DNA of 64,000 nucleotides from an uncultured Collinsella sp. (GTDB lineage: Bacteria > Actinomycetota > Coriobacteriia > Coriobacteriales > Coriobacteriaceae): contig CAJJZP010000004.1 of the NCBI GenBank assembly GCA_905197665.1, forward strand, positions 48,491-112,490, written 5' to 3'. A model generated the notes under the pieces. It was not told the origin of the DNA and searched no databases. It was given only the letters and a program-made list of their open reading frames with translations. The first letter of the stretch is position 1, and each line of letters starts with the position of its first letter. A program made the translations under genes and the position numbers. This document shows, piece after piece, positions 1 to 10,320 of the stretch.

Positions 1-1
1 C

Positions 2-3000
2 GGCCCGCTGCAGTATCTCTCCGAGCTGCGCCACCGCTTCTACCTCACGCTCAACCTGGACGAGGAGCACCGCATCGTGCCCCAAAACGCCCACCTGTTT
101 GTGGCGAGCGGCGCCGCCATGGCGCACGAGTCCAACAAGCTCAGCACGTTCCCGCAGCTCATCGAGGCCATCGATGCCCTGGGTGACACACAGGGTGCCG
201 AGGTCGAGCGCTTGGACCCGCTCTTTGCCACCGACGAGGACTTTGCCGAGTTCAAGGGTCGCCACGACACCGAGGTCGTCCCCAAGGGCAAACTCGACGG
301 CTACACCGGCCGCGTGTTCATCGGCATCGACGCCGGCTCCACCACCATGAAGGCTGCACTCGTGGGCGAGGACGGCCAGCTGTTGCACACCTGGTACGGC
401 AACAACAACGGCGACATCCTGGGCACGGCCAAGGTCATCATGGCCGATTTCTACAACCACATTCCCGCGGGCTGCACCATCGGCCACGTGACCACCACGG
501 GCTACGGCGAGGCGCTGCTCATCGAGGCTCTCAAGGCCGATTCCGGCGAGATCGAGACCGTCGCGCACCTGCGCGGCGCCAAGGCGTTCCTGCCCGGCGT
601 CGAGTTCATTCTGGACATTGGCGGCCAGGACATGAAGTGCCTGCGCGTCAAGGACGGCGTCATCGAGCACATCATGCTCAATGAGGCCTGCTCGTCGGGC
701 TGCGGCAGCTTTATCGAGAGCTTCGCCGTCTCTATGAACATGGACGTGCGCGCGTTCGCCGACGCCGCCATCCATGCCAAGGCCCCCGTCGACCTGGGCA
801 GCCGCTGCACGGTCTTTATGAACTCGCGCGTCAAGCAGGCGCAAAAAGAAGGCGCCACGGTGGGCGACATCGCGGCCGGCCTGTCCTATTCCGTCATCAA
901 GAATGCCCTGTTCAAGGTCATTAAGCTGCGCGACCCCAAGGAGATCGGCAGTCAGGTGATCGTCCAGGGTGGCACCTTTATGTCCGATGCCACGCTGCGC
1001 GCGTTCGAGCAGCTCACCGGCGTGCATGCCGTGCGCCCCGACATCGCCGGCTGCATGGGCGCCTACGGTGCGGCCCTGCTCGCCCGCGATCGCGCCGGTG
1101 CCGACGGCACCTCGACCATCCTTTCGGCCGAGGACATCGCGCACCTCACCGTGACGCAAAAGCACGTCCGCTGCGGCCGTTGCTCCAACAACTGCCAGCT
1201 TACCGTCAACGACTTTGGCGGCGGCAGGCGCTTCATTACCGGTAACCGCTGCGAGAAGGGTGCCGGCCACAAAAAGCAGAAGACCGAGGCCCCCAACCTC
1301 TTCAAAAAGAAAAACGAGTTGCTGTTTAATCGCGAGGTGCTGAGCCCCGACGAGGCCCCGCGCGGCACCGTGGGCATTCCGCGCGCGCTCAACATGTACG
1401 AGAACTACCCCTTCTGGCACGCGTTCTTTACGCGTCTGGGCTTTAGCGTGCAGCTGTCCGACCAGTCGAGCAAGAAGACCTACCAGGCGGGCATCGAGTC
1501 CATGCCGTCCGAGAGCGTGTGCTATCCGGCCAAGATGAGCCACGGCCATGTGATGAACCTTATCGACCGCGACGTCGACTTTATCTGGATGCCGTGCGTG
1601 CGCTGGGAGCGCAAAGAGGACCCGACCGCCGGCAACTGTTACAACTGCCCCATCGTCATGAGCTACCCCACGGCGTTGGCACTCAACATCGACGAGATCC
1701 GCGAGCAGAACATCGAGTTCCTGTACCCGTTTGTGCCCTATCATGACAAGACCGAGCTCAAGCGCCGTCTGTACCAGGTGCTCGCCGTCGACCGTGTGGC
1801 CGATGCGCAAGCTGGTCGCGGTCGTGTGCGCGGTCCCAAGATCACGCGCTCCGAGGTCGATGCCGCCGTCAACGCCGCCTACGAGGCCGATGCGCGTTTC
1901 CACGAGGACATCCAGACCATGGGCGAGGAGGCTCTTAAGTGGGTCGAGGACCACGGTGGCCACGGCATTGTGCTCGCCGGCCGCCCCTACCATAACGACC
2001 CCGAGATCAACCACGCCCTGCCCGAGCTTATCTCGAGCTTTGGCTTTGCGGTCTTTACCGAGGATTCGCTCGCGCATCTCGTGAAGCCCGAGCGCCCCAT
2101 CCGCGTCGTCGACCAGTGGATGTACCACAGCCGCCTGTACGCCGTCGCCCGTTTTGTGACGATGCGCAACGACCTGGACCTGATCCAGCTCAACTCCTTC
2201 GGCTGCGGCTTGGACGCCCTGACCACCGACCAGGTGCAGGAAATCCTTGAGGCCAGCGGCAAGATCTACACCGTGCTCAAGATCGACGAGGTGTCCAACC
2301 TGGGCGCCGCGCGCATCCGCATTCGCTCGCTCATGGCGGCGCTCAAGGATCAGGAGGCTGAGCGCTTGGCCGAGGCCACGGCCGCGGGCGAGGCCTACGA
2401 GCAGGGCGACGCCGCGCCGGTGGCGCCCTCCACGGATGCCCCCGCGTTCGCGAGCCGCAAGTACACGTTTGAGGCGCAGCGAGAGAGCGCCTCGACCGCG
2501 TGGCCCAAGGTGCCCTTTACCGAGCAGATGCGCGAGGAGGGCTACACCATCCTGTGCCCGCAGATGGCGCCGATTCACTTTGACTTGGTCAAAGAGGTGT
2601 TCCGCGGTGCCGGCTATAACTTGGAGCTGCTGCCCTCGACTGACCACGATGCCGTCGAGGCTGGCCTGCGCTATGTGAATAATGACATTTGCTATCCGTC
2701 CATTTTGGTGACCGGCCAGATCATGGAGGCCATCGAGAGCGGTCGGTACGACCTGTCCAAGACAGCCGTGGTCATCAGCCAGACCGGCGGTGGCTGCCGT
2801 GCCACCAACTACATCGCGCTTATCCGCAAGGCCCTGCGCGAGAGCGGCCACCCCGAGATTCCGGTGATCTCGCTTTCGGCCGTGGCGCTGGGCGAGGACA
2901 ACCCCGGCTTTAAGATTACGCCGGCGATGCTTAAGCAGGCAGTCTACGCGGTGCTCTTTGGCGACGTGATGATGCAGATGCTCTATCGTTGCCGCCCGTA

Positions 3001-3898
3001 CGAGGCAACGCCCGGTGCGGCGAACGCACTCTACGAGGAGTACATGGCGCGCGCCCGCAAGCTGGCGCCCAAGTTCAACAGGCATAACTACACCAAGCTG
3101 TGCCGCGAGGCCATCCGCGCGTTCGACTCCATGCCGCTCGTGGGCGAGGGCACCAAGCCGCGCGTGGGCGTGGTCGGCGAGATCTTGGTCAAGTTCCATC
3201 CCACGGCCAACAACCACGTGGTCGACGTTATCGAGCGCGAGGGCTGCGAGGCCGTGGTGCCGGGCCTGCTCGACTTCTTCCTGTACTCCATGAGCAACGC
3301 CGAGCTGCAGAAGGACGAGCTGGGAAGCTCTCCCACTACGCGCGCGGGCATGCAGGCGCTCATCAAGCTGGTGGACTGGATGCGCACGCCGGTGGAGGAG
3401 ATGCTCGAGAAGTCCCGCCGCTTTGAGGCGCCCGAGCGCATCGGCACCATGGCCGACAAGGCCCGCACAGTGCTTTCGGTGTGCAACAACATGGGCGAGG
3501 GCTGGCTGCTCACGGCCGAGATGCTCGACCTGATCGATCACGGTGCGCCCAACATCATCTGCACGCAGCCCTTCGCGTGCCTGCCCAATCACGTGGTGGG
3601 CAAGGCCGTAATCAAGGAGCTGCGCCGCCAACATCCCGAGAGCAACATCGTCGCGGTGGACTACGACCCCGGCGCGTCCGAGGTCAACCAGCTCAACCGT
3701 ATTAAGCTCATGATCAGCGTGGCCAAGGAGAACATGCGCGCCGGTAAGGGCTTTAAGCTCGAGAAGGTGGCGCCGCTCGCGATGGACGAGGTCACCGGCC
3801 AGATGCGTGCTCATGACGGCTGTGTGAGCTGCGGGCCGGCCAGCGAGGAGGCCGTGGCATCGGTCGCCGAGCGCCTGGGACGCGGCATTAAGAAGTAA
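2..3898 (+). CDS. Multidomain 2-hydroxyacyl-CoA dehydratase activase-like protein (BadF/BadG/BcrA/BcrD ATPase + DUF2229-type domains); 5' truncated by window edge
   Basis: Frame is open from position 2. ASKHA ATPase motifs GIDAGSTT and DIGGQD, cluster motifs CSSGCG and CTVF, later CYP and QPFACLPNH motifs. Confidence 0.85.
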   Translation, partial: GPLQYLSELRHRFYLTLNLDEEHRIVPQNAHLFVASGAAMAHESNKLSTFPQLIEAIDALGDTQGAEVERLDPLFATDEDFAEFKGRHDTEVVPKGKLDGYTGRVFIGIDAGSTTMKAALVGEDGQLLHTWYGNNNGDILGTAKVIMADFYNHIPAGCTIGHVTTTGYGEALLIEALKADSGEIETVAHLRGAKAFLPGVEFILDIGGQDMKCLRVKDGVIEHIMLNEACSSGCGSFIESFAVSMNMDVRAFADAAIHAKAPVDLGSRCTVFMNSRVKQAQKEGATVGDIAAGLSYSVIKNALFKVIKLRDPKEIGSQVIVQGGTFMSDATLRAFEQLTGVHAVRPDIAGCMGAYGAALLARDRAGADGTSTILSAEDIAHLTVTQKHVRCGRCSNNCQLTVNDFGGGRRFITGNRCEKGAGHKKQKTEAPNLFKKKNELLFNREVLSPDEAPRGTVGIPRALNMYENYPFWHAFFTRLGFSVQLSDQSSKKTYQAGIESMPSESVCYPAKMSHGHVMNLIDRDVDFIWMPCVRWERKEDPTAGNCYNCPIVMSYPTALALNIDEIREQNIEFLYPFVPYHDKTELKRRLYQVLAVDRVADAQAGRGRVRGPKITRSEVDAAVNAAYEADARFHEDIQTMGEEALKWVEDHGGHGIVLAGRPYHNDPEINHALPELISSFGFAVFTEDSLAHLVKPERPIRVVDQWMYHSRLYAVARFVTMRNDLDLIQLNSFGCGLDALTTDQVQEILEASGKIYTVLKIDEVSNLGAARIRIRSLMAALKDQEAERLAEATAAGEAYEQGDAAPVAPSTDAPAFASRKYTFEAQRESASTAWPKVPFTEQMREEGYTILCPQMAPIHFDLVKEVFRGAGYNLELLPSTDHDAVEAGLRYVNNDICYPSILVTGQIMEAIESGRYDLSKTAVVISQTGGGCRATNYIALIRKALRESGHPEIPVISLSAVALGEDNPGFKITPAMLKQAVYAVLFGDVMMQMLYRCRPYEATPGAANALYEEYMARARKLAPKFNRHNYTKLCREAIRAFDSMPLVGEGTKPRVGVVGEILVKFHPTANNHVVDVIEREGCEAVVPGLLDFFLYSMSNAELQKDELGSSPTTRAGMQALIKLVDWMRTPVEEMLEKSRRFEAPERIGTMADKARTVLSVCNNMGEGWLLTAEMLDLIDHGAPNIICTQPFACLPNHVVGKAVIKELRRQHPESNIVAVDYDPGASEVNQLNRIKLMISVAKENMRAGKGFKLEKVAPLAMDEVTGQMRAHDGCVSCGPASEEAVASVAERLGRGIKK

Positions 3899-3926
3899 CT
3901 GGCCTGCTATGGGCTAGATATGGGAC

Positions 3927-3963
3927 AAACGGGTGGCAGCCGTACCGGTTACCACCCGTTTTT
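3927..3963 (+). terminator. Intrinsic terminator
   Basis: aaacgggtgg...accacccgttttt hairpin with T-tract just after the stop codon. Confidence 0.75.
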
Positions 3964-4015
3964 ACTGGACATCTGTTGCGTAAACGGTCCAACTATCACC
4001 CCCTGCGAACTTGGA

Positions 4016-4146
4016 TTTCGGAAGTATGCGGCAAAATTTGAATAGGCCGAGCACACTGGATATGCCCAAGCTTTGTACCTGCGGTTTTATTGGTGAAAAA
4101 CCGGGGTGTGCTCGAGGGCTCCGGAATTTGCCGCATACTTCCGAAA
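4016..4146. repeat. Long palindromic intergenic element with 20-bp perfect terminal inverted repeats
   Basis: tttcggaagtatgcggcaaa (4016-4035) / tttgccgcatacttccgaaa (4127-4146); inner pair cgagcacac / gtgtgctcg. Confidence 0.8.
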
Positions 4147-4380
4147 ACAACGTCTCGGTGGCACCAAAAATTGCCTCCAGAACCCTGAGATAATGAACAT
4201 ATTGTAGCCGTTCGCCGCAAATTATCGTCCGTTCATGGAACCTATCTCCAACGAGTTGTAACCATATGGTTTGATGTTGAAAACATATGATTGCCGGCAG
4301 GCCATAGGTGACGTTCCCCCTGATATCGGAGGTTCCAGGTATGTTTCGCGCTCCGTTTAATAACTATCGGTTGGGCTAAC

Positions 4381-4830
4381 ATGGGTCGCCGTGCTATTTC
4401 GATAACCCTTGCAGTGGTCTGCCTGGCTGTGCTCTTAGGCGTTACGGGGCTGTTTGCTATAAGTCGAGAAACATCCTATATGCAGGAATGTGCTTCCGAA
4501 GGCTTTGTCATTGATGGTTACTATCGGGATGACAAAACGAGTCGGGAAACCCTGGCTTTTCTTGAGGAGGACAACTGTCGATGGCAGCTGGTCGACCAAG
4601 ACGGAATCTGCACAGACGGGCAGTTTAAGCGTACGGATGACCCCAACATCCTGATATTAAAGAAGGAAAACGGTGAAGAATTCGGTACGGTCCACGTGGC
4701 GTACTTGTCACGCCGACGCGATCGGGGCTTGCTCTACCTATTTAGAGATACCAGGGTGACCCGTTTTTATCTGGTGAGTACCGGTCCGGCGTTTACGGTG
4801 GAGTCTGGCGATGTCGATGCGGACAGTTGA
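4381..4830 (+). CDS. Hypothetical membrane-anchored protein
   Basis: 149-aa ORF with one N-terminal hydrophobic helix, followed by a terminator-like hairpin. Confidence 0.6.
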   Translation: MGRRAISITLAVVCLAVLLGVTGLFAISRETSYMQECASEGFVIDGYYRDDKTSRETLAFLEEDNCRWQLVDQDGICTDGQFKRTDDPNILILKKENGEEFGTVHVAYLSRRRDRGLLYLFRDTRVTRFYLVSTGPAFTVESGDVDADS

Positions 4831-4850
4831 TTCACGGCAATAAAACAGCG

Positions 4851-4886
4851 AGCGGGGCACGGACATGAATCGCGCCCCGCTTTTTT
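4851..4886. terminator. Terminator-like hairpin between convergent genes
   Basis: agcggggc...gccccgc followed by tttttt. Confidence 0.6.
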
Positions 4887-4958
4887 GCTCGCGGCCTGCG
4901 TCGCGTCTGCGCCTCGTTCCGACTCGCGCCCGTGCGCGCATCCATCTCACATCCCGCA

Positions 4959-6098
4959 TCACTTCACATCGAACTCCACGCGATCGAGTTCGGGCACGTT
5001 GAGGTCGATGAGCTTGCGGGCAACGCGGCGGTCGTGCGCCCCAAGCGTCTCGCTTGTCGTCACATGGGCGACAATCTCGCGCTCGACGATACCCTCCTCC
5101 TCGCCTTCGGTGGTCGAGGTCTCGACGGCGACGGTGTAATCCTTAAAGCCTGGCAGCACCGCCGCAAGCTCGCGCGTGGTTTCGGTGACGCCGTAGCCGT
5201 CCTGCACGCCGGCTTGCGCCGAGCCAATAGACCCCGTCGTCATAACGATGCAGGGGATGGCAAAGACTACCGTGCCCACAATGATGCGGCGGCGCACCTT
5301 GCGCGATAGCTCGTCGACCTCGGCGTTTTCTTCAGCAGTCACAATACCGTCGCCGTTCAGGTCGCGCCTGAGCGGCACGCGCAAAAGAAGCAGAACGGCT
5401 TCGGCCGCCAGCGCGATAAAGACGACGTTGATGCCAAACTCATAAAGCGCCGAGAGAAACAGTGGCCCGCTTGCGATGGCGATGCCATAGCCCGCCGCGC
5501 ACAGGGGCGGCATGAGCGCGGTCGCCACGGCCACGCCGGCGATGAGCGTGGCGGGTTCCTGGTCGCGCGAGTTGCCCAGGCCACCCGCAAAGCCGCCCGC
5601 GAGCGCGACGGCAAGGTCCCACACAGTCGGTGTCGAATTGTCGATGATGGCGGCCGTGGTGGTGCCAAGGGGCGAGAGCTTAAAGTACAACGTGGATGTG
5701 ACCAGGCAAAAGACCATCTGCAGTGCGAGGCTGGCAATGGCCTCGACGGTGATCTCGCGGTCGAGCGTGGCGATGCCATATGCCATGGCAAGGACCGATC
5801 CCATAAGCGGGCAGATGAGCATGGCGCCCACGATGGCGATGTCCGAATCGATATCGAGGCCAATACTTGCGATTAACATCGCGATGATGAGGATGCACAG
5901 GTGAGTGCCAGTCAGACGCGCCCCGTTTACAAAACGCTTGCGGATCACGTGATAGGGTGCGCGTCCCTCGCGAATGTTGAACGCGCGCTTGAGGAAGCGG
6001 GTGACGTTTTCCATGGCTTCGCTATGAGCAGGGCGGATGCCGTGACGCCGATGATGGCGCTCGCGCAGCCGCTTGATCTGTTGTTTGTCGAGTTCCAT
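4959..6098 (-). CDS. DUF389-family integral membrane protein
   Basis: Motifs IASIGL..S...IVGAMLICPLMG and GVAVATALMPPLC; GAGG RBS before ATG at 6098. Confidence 0.85.
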   Translation of the reverse strand: MELDKQQIKRLRERHHRRHGIRPAHSEAMENVTRFLKRAFNIREGRAPYHVIRKRFVNGARLTGTHLCILIIAMLIASIGLDIDSDIAIVGAMLICPLMGSVLAMAYGIATLDREITVEAIASLALQMVFCLVTSTLYFKLSPLGTTTAAIIDNSTPTVWDLAVALAGGFAGGLGNSRDQEPATLIAGVAVATALMPPLCAAGYGIAIASGPLFLSALYEFGINVVFIALAAEAVLLLLRVPLRRDLNGDGIVTAEENAEVDELSRKVRRRIIVGTVVFAIPCIVMTTGSIGSAQAGVQDGYGVTETTRELAAVLPGFKDYTVAVETSTTEGEEEGIVEREIVAHVTTSETLGAHDRRVARKLIDLNVPELDRVEFDVK

Positions 6099-6249
6099 AT
6101 CCACCTCGTATTGCCGCGGGAGCGCGGGTGTGTTCGCAGCATGTACTCTACACCGTGAGGGGCGGCGCGGTCATCTTGGCGTGGAACTTAAGCGAGTGGG
6201 AAAACGGGTGCGTAGCAAATGCGTTGCGGCCGAGGGTTTCGGCAGATAC

Positions 6250-6288
6250 AAAAAAGCGCGGGATCGGATTGGATCCGACCCCGCGCTC
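6250..6288 (-). terminator. Intrinsic terminator of the OPT gene
   Basis: aaaaaagcgcggga...ccccgcgct hairpin; T-tract on the minus strand. Confidence 0.7.
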
Positions 6289-6312
6289 TGCGCTGGTGCG
6301 TTGTTGTTCGGC

Positions 6313-8016
6313 CTATCCCAGCAGGCTTAAGCCCACGGAGACAAACGCCAGGATAACGCCGACGATTGACTCGCCGCCGAGCAGGCCGCTGGCGACAACC
6401 AAGCCCTGTTCCTGGAAGGCGGCGTCCTTGGCAGCCCTTTCCTCGTCAGAAAGACCAGCGGTGGCGTCGCGGTGGGCGGACCACTTGTCGTAGGCGAGTT
6501 TGACGCAGGAGCCCAGGAATGCCGTGAGTGACATGTAGAACGGCAGGTACACGCCCAGGCCGATCATCATGGCCGGAATGCCGAGCCAGTACATGACGAT
6601 GCCGGCGATAAAGCCGCCAACGAACCACGGCACGCTCGGGATGCCCGAGACCATGGTAGCGACCACACTTGCCTGCGCGGCCACAAAGCTCTTGTCGGGA
6701 CCAAAGGCGTCCGGACCATAGGCGGTGACAAGCGCGACCATGACGGCGGCGGCGACCAGGGCGCCCACGATGCCGCCAATGGCTTGGCCGATCCACTGCG
6801 CACGCGGGTTGGTGCCCAGCACGGCGCCGGCCTTAAAGTCGTTCATGACGTCGCCCGCAAGGCCGCACGCCACGGCCACGATGCCGGCGATAAAGAACAG
6901 TTTGACCTGAGCGATCTGTGCGAAGGCAGCCACGATGAGCATGACGATGAGGCCAAAGATCTCCATGGGGTCGATGCCCGTCTGGCCGCAGCTCTGTGCG
7001 CTCATAATGGTAGTGACAAAGGTGAACAGCGTCACGATGACGGCCGGGACGGGACCAAGGTCGAGCGCGATGGCGACGATCACGGCGATGGCGGCAGCGC
7101 CCAGGCCGATGATGCCGGCGTCGAGCTTAAGGGAGCCCGAGATGAGCGACTGCTCGTCGGTGTCGCTGGAGCTGTCGGCGGCGAGGCCGCGGGCGATGCC
7201 GGTGACCTGCGGCAGGATGTCCTTGAGGACGACAGCGACGCCAAAGCCCATCATGAGACCCATGCCGAGCGATTTGACGATGCCCTGCGCAGTCACAACG
7301 TCGAATAGACCGGCAGCGGTGCCGCCCACGATGATGCCAAAGTTACCTAGCAGCGCGCCGGCAAACCAGAAGGCAACCGGGGCGAAGCCAACCAAAAAGC
7401 CGATGGAGAGCAGCATGGGCGAGTTATAGATGGCAAAGGTCACGCCGGGGATATTGAGCGTGCACAGCATGCTGGGCACCACGCCCAGAGCGTCGCGAAG
7501 CACGCTGTAGATGCCTGCGATGGCCATGGAGCCAAAGAGCTGCTTGCCGGTCTTGCCGCCGGCCTCGGTGGCGCGCAGTGTCTGAGCTGCGGCATTGCCG
7601 GTGGGAAACTCCAGCGCGGCGTCCACGATAAAGTGGCGGTGGATGAGCGCCGTTGCCAGCAGGCCCAAGATGGTGCCGGCGAGTGCCACGATAAACATGT
7701 CGAGCCAGCTGATCTGGTCGGCATAGCCCAGCATCCAGGCGCCCGGGATGGTAAACGCCAGGCCGCCGGCGACCATGGCGCCCGCGGACATGATGGTGTG
7801 GGTGACGTTGGCCTCGTTGAGGCTGGCGTTGCCCATGAGCTTCAGGAAGAACAGCGAGATGACGGCAGCGAAAATAATCGGCCAGGGGAGTGCACCCATC
7901 TTGAGGGCCGTGTAGGCCGAGCTTGCCGTGATGATCACGCAGCCAAGGACGCCGATGACGACGCCGCGCAGCGTGAGTTGCCCGCGCATCGAAGCGCGGT
8001 TCGAGGGATTGCTCAT
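6313..8016 (-). CDS. OPT/YSL-family oligopeptide transporter
   Basis: LTLRG..IG, LKMG, FPTG.AAA, D.MNDFKAG..LG..PRAQ..GQ.IG and ASGLLGGES motifs; many TM helices. Confidence 0.9.
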   Translation of the reverse strand: MSNPSNRASMRGQLTLRGVVIGVLGCVIITASSAYTALKMGALPWPIIFAAVISLFFLKLMGNASLNEANVTHTIMSAGAMVAGGLAFTIPGAWMLGYADQISWLDMFIVALAGTILGLLATALIHRHFIVDAALEFPTGNAAAQTLRATEAGGKTGKQLFGSMAIAGIYSVLRDALGVVPSMLCTLNIPGVTFAIYNSPMLLSIGFLVGFAPVAFWFAGALLGNFGIIVGGTAAGLFDVVTAQGIVKSLGMGLMMGFGVAVVLKDILPQVTGIARGLAADSSSDTDEQSLISGSLKLDAGIIGLGAAAIAVIVAIALDLGPVPAVIVTLFTFVTTIMSAQSCGQTGIDPMEIFGLIVMLIVAAFAQIAQVKLFFIAGIVAVACGLAGDVMNDFKAGAVLGTNPRAQWIGQAIGGIVGALVAAAVMVALVTAYGPDAFGPDKSFVAAQASVVATMVSGIPSVPWFVGGFIAGIVMYWLGIPAMMIGLGVYLPFYMSLTAFLGSCVKLAYDKWSAHRDATAGLSDEERAAKDAAFQEQGLVVASGLLGGESIVGVILAFVSVGLSLLG

Positions 8017-8140
8017 ATAAAACTCCTTTGCGTATATCCGCTTCCCCCGGGAGCGCCGTTACGGATACGGCGCGGGAAGTCGGGTTACCAAGGGCCGCCG
8101 CGTGAGCTCGCAAACGGCCGCGCACCAGTATAGCGGCACG

Positions 8141-8253
8141 GCAGTTAATTTGGGACTGGGCTTTTTTAGCTATCCCAAGCGAAGCCGAAGGATGGGACTG
8201 CGGACGGGGATTTAAAAATCATCAGGTACGCAATGATTTTTAAATCCCCGTCC
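8141..8253. repeat. REP-like GGGAC hairpin plus 21-bp perfect inverted repeat
   Basis: gcagttaatttgggactgggcttttttagc, then ggacggggatttaaaaatcat (8202-8222) / atgatttttaaatccccgtcc (8233-8253). Confidence 0.75.
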
Positions 8254-8303
8254 CAGAATAATCATCGGGATATACTGCTGGGCAGACGAAAGGAGCGCCG
8301 ACG

Positions 8304-9155
8304 ATGCTTAATGGGTGCGCATATATATTGACGGTCGACGTGGGCAACACGTTTATTCGCTTTGGCCTGTTTGCAGAGGATTCGGCCGCGGCGCAGGAAT
8401 GTCCGCTTGCGACATGCGAGATCACGACGCCGTCGAGCATTACGGCCGACGAAGCGCGCATGCGACTTGTGCAGGTCATGGGTGCGCTCGCCGCCGATGC
8501 AGGTGTGCCCGGGGTGCTTGCACCCGCCGCGGCCGTGCTGAGCTGTGTAGTCCCGGCGCTCGAGCGCCCGTGGAAGGCGGCACTTTCCCGCACCTGCACG
8601 GGGCGCGTGCTCACCGTGGGGCCGGGACTTAAGACCGGCATACCCGTGCACTACGACGATCCGGCCGAGATCGGCCCCGACCGCATCGCCGATGCCGTGG
8701 CGGCCCGCGCCGTCTACGGCTCGCCGTGCATCGTGATTGACCTGGGCACGACGACCAATATCGAGGTCATCGACGCGCACGGTACCTTTGTGGGCGGCGT
8801 TATCGCGCCAGGCCTGGCCCTCGGCGCCCGTTCGCTTTCGGCGGCAGCAGCGCGCCTACCCCAGGTTGAGCCCTCGGCGCCAACGCACGTCATCGGACGC
8901 AACACGCGCGAGGCCATGCGCTCGGGTGTGGTTTTGGGCGAGGTAGCCCGCATCGACGGCATGCTCGACATGGTGCTTGCCGAGATGCGCGCGACCAAGG
9001 CCGCGGGGGAGGGCGATGTGCCCATCGTCATTACCGGCGACGATGCCGAGGCACTTGCGGCGCTGGTCGGCCATAGCCTGACGGTAGACGACGCGCTGAC
9101 GTTGCGGGGTCTCGCCGAGCTCTACCGCATCAACCAAAAGCCCCGCCGCGCGTAG
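8304..9155 (+). CDS. coaX: Type III pantothenate kinase
   Basis: DVGNT, SCVVP, G.DRIAD, DLGT.T, GGVIAPG and ITG motifs; AAGGAG RBS. Confidence 0.92.
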   Translation: MLNGCAYILTVDVGNTFIRFGLFAEDSAAAQECPLATCEITTPSSITADEARMRLVQVMGALAADAGVPGVLAPAAAVLSCVVPALERPWKAALSRTCTGRVLTVGPGLKTGIPVHYDDPAEIGPDRIADAVAARAVYGSPCIVIDLGTTTNIEVIDAHGTFVGGVIAPGLALGARSLSAAAARLPQVEPSAPTHVIGRNTREAMRSGVVLGEVARIDGMLDMVLAEMRATKAAGEGDVPIVITGDDAEALAALVGHSLTVDDALTLRGLAELYRINQKPRRA

Positions 9156-9237
9156 GGCGAGGGGCTGGTGGGATAAGCGCCCCTACCTTTCACCTGCTAC
9201 AATGGGCCAAACTATTGCGATTGCGGAGGTGTCTGCC

Positions 9238-9762
9238 ATGTCGGACGATCTTCATCAAACCGCGTCGGGCAAGCGCCGCGACGTTATTAGCTGGGACGAG
9301 TTCTTTATGAGCGTGGCCATCGCCGCGCAGCGCCGCAGCAAGGACCCCAACACGCAGGTGGGAGCGTGCATCGCCAGCACCAACCACCGCATCCTTTCGG
9401 TGGGTTACAACGGCACGCCCTCGGCGCTCAACGACGACTTTTTCCCGTGGGGTACGAGCGATGACCCGCTGCAGGACAAGCACAACTACGTGGTCCATGC
9501 CGAGGCCAACGCCGTGCTCAACTACCGTGGCTCGCTCAAGGACCTCGAGGGTTCCACGGTTTACGTCACGCTGTTCCCGTGCCACGACTGCGCCAAGATC
9601 CTGGCGCAGGTGGGCGTGGGCGAGGTCGTCTACCTGGACAATAAGTATGCCGACACCGATGACGGCCGTATCAGCCGCCGCATTCTCGACTCCTGCGGCA
9701 TCAGCTACCGCCAGGTCATCGTCGATGTCCAGATTGGTACCGGGGGACAGGCTCAGAAGTGA
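9238..9762 (+). CDS. dCMP deaminase (ComEB-like)
   Basis: WDEFFM, RSKDPNTQVGA, HAEANA and PCHDC zinc motifs; GGAGG RBS. Confidence 0.9.
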   Translation: MSDDLHQTASGKRRDVISWDEFFMSVAIAAQRRSKDPNTQVGACIASTNHRILSVGYNGTPSALNDDFFPWGTSDDPLQDKHNYVVHAEANAVLNYRGSLKDLEGSTVYVTLFPCHDCAKILAQVGVGEVVYLDNKYADTDDGRISRRILDSCGISYRQVIVDVQIGTGGQAQK

Positions 9763-9790
9763 TATGCGTTGTCGCTATCTGACGACGAAT

Positions 9791-9823
9791 GCAGTTCAAA
9801 GAGCCCCGTCCCAAATTGACTGC
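9791..9823. repeat. REP-like GGGAC hairpin (minus orientation)
   Basis: gcagttcaaagagccccgtcccaaattgactgc; similar to the copies at 8141 and 62257. Confidence 0.7.
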
Positions 9824-9933
9824 TCGTGAAAGTCGTGTCCGCACGCATGGCTGGCGCCTAAGCGGGTACATGGCTGTAGTAACATAGCCCCTGTCCGCGG
9901 GCGTGCCCGCGTTATTGTGAGAAAGGAGCCCCT

Positions 9934-10212
9934 GTGGCTGTTAACGAAGAGCTGCTTAAGAAGGTTCTTGAAGAGATTCGCCCCAACCTGCAGGCCGATG
10001 GCGGCGATATGGAGTATGTGGGCGTCGACGACGAGGGTGTTGTCAAGCTGGAGCTGCAGGGCGCCTGCGCCGGCTGCCCCATGAGCTCGCTAACCCTTTC
10101 CATGGGTATCGAGCGCATCCTGAAGGAGCATGTGCCCGGCGTTACCCGCGTTGAGCAGGTCAATGCTTCCGGCGAGGCCGAGGACCTGTACGACGAGTAC
10201 GCGCCGTTCTAA
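9934..10212 (+). CDS. NifU/NfuA-like Fe-S cluster carrier
   Basis: IRPNLQADGGD and GACAGCPMS motifs. Confidence 0.9.
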   Translation: MAVNEELLKKVLEEIRPNLQADGGDMEYVGVDDEGVVKLELQGACAGCPMSSLTLSMGIERILKEHVPGVTRVEQVNASGEAEDLYDEYAPF

Positions 10213-10320
10213 GATGCGAAAGCTGCGGACGGTACGCTCCGCATAGACGTTACGTCCAAATATGCGGCTGCGAGCGTAAGGCCCGCGGCCGCATTTGTAT
10301 GTAGGGAGCAGGGGATCGAT

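Noticed and set aside
9238..9762. Anti-phage dCTP deaminase
   Set aside because: Short single-domain dCMP deaminase without a kinase-like domain, in a housekeeping context.
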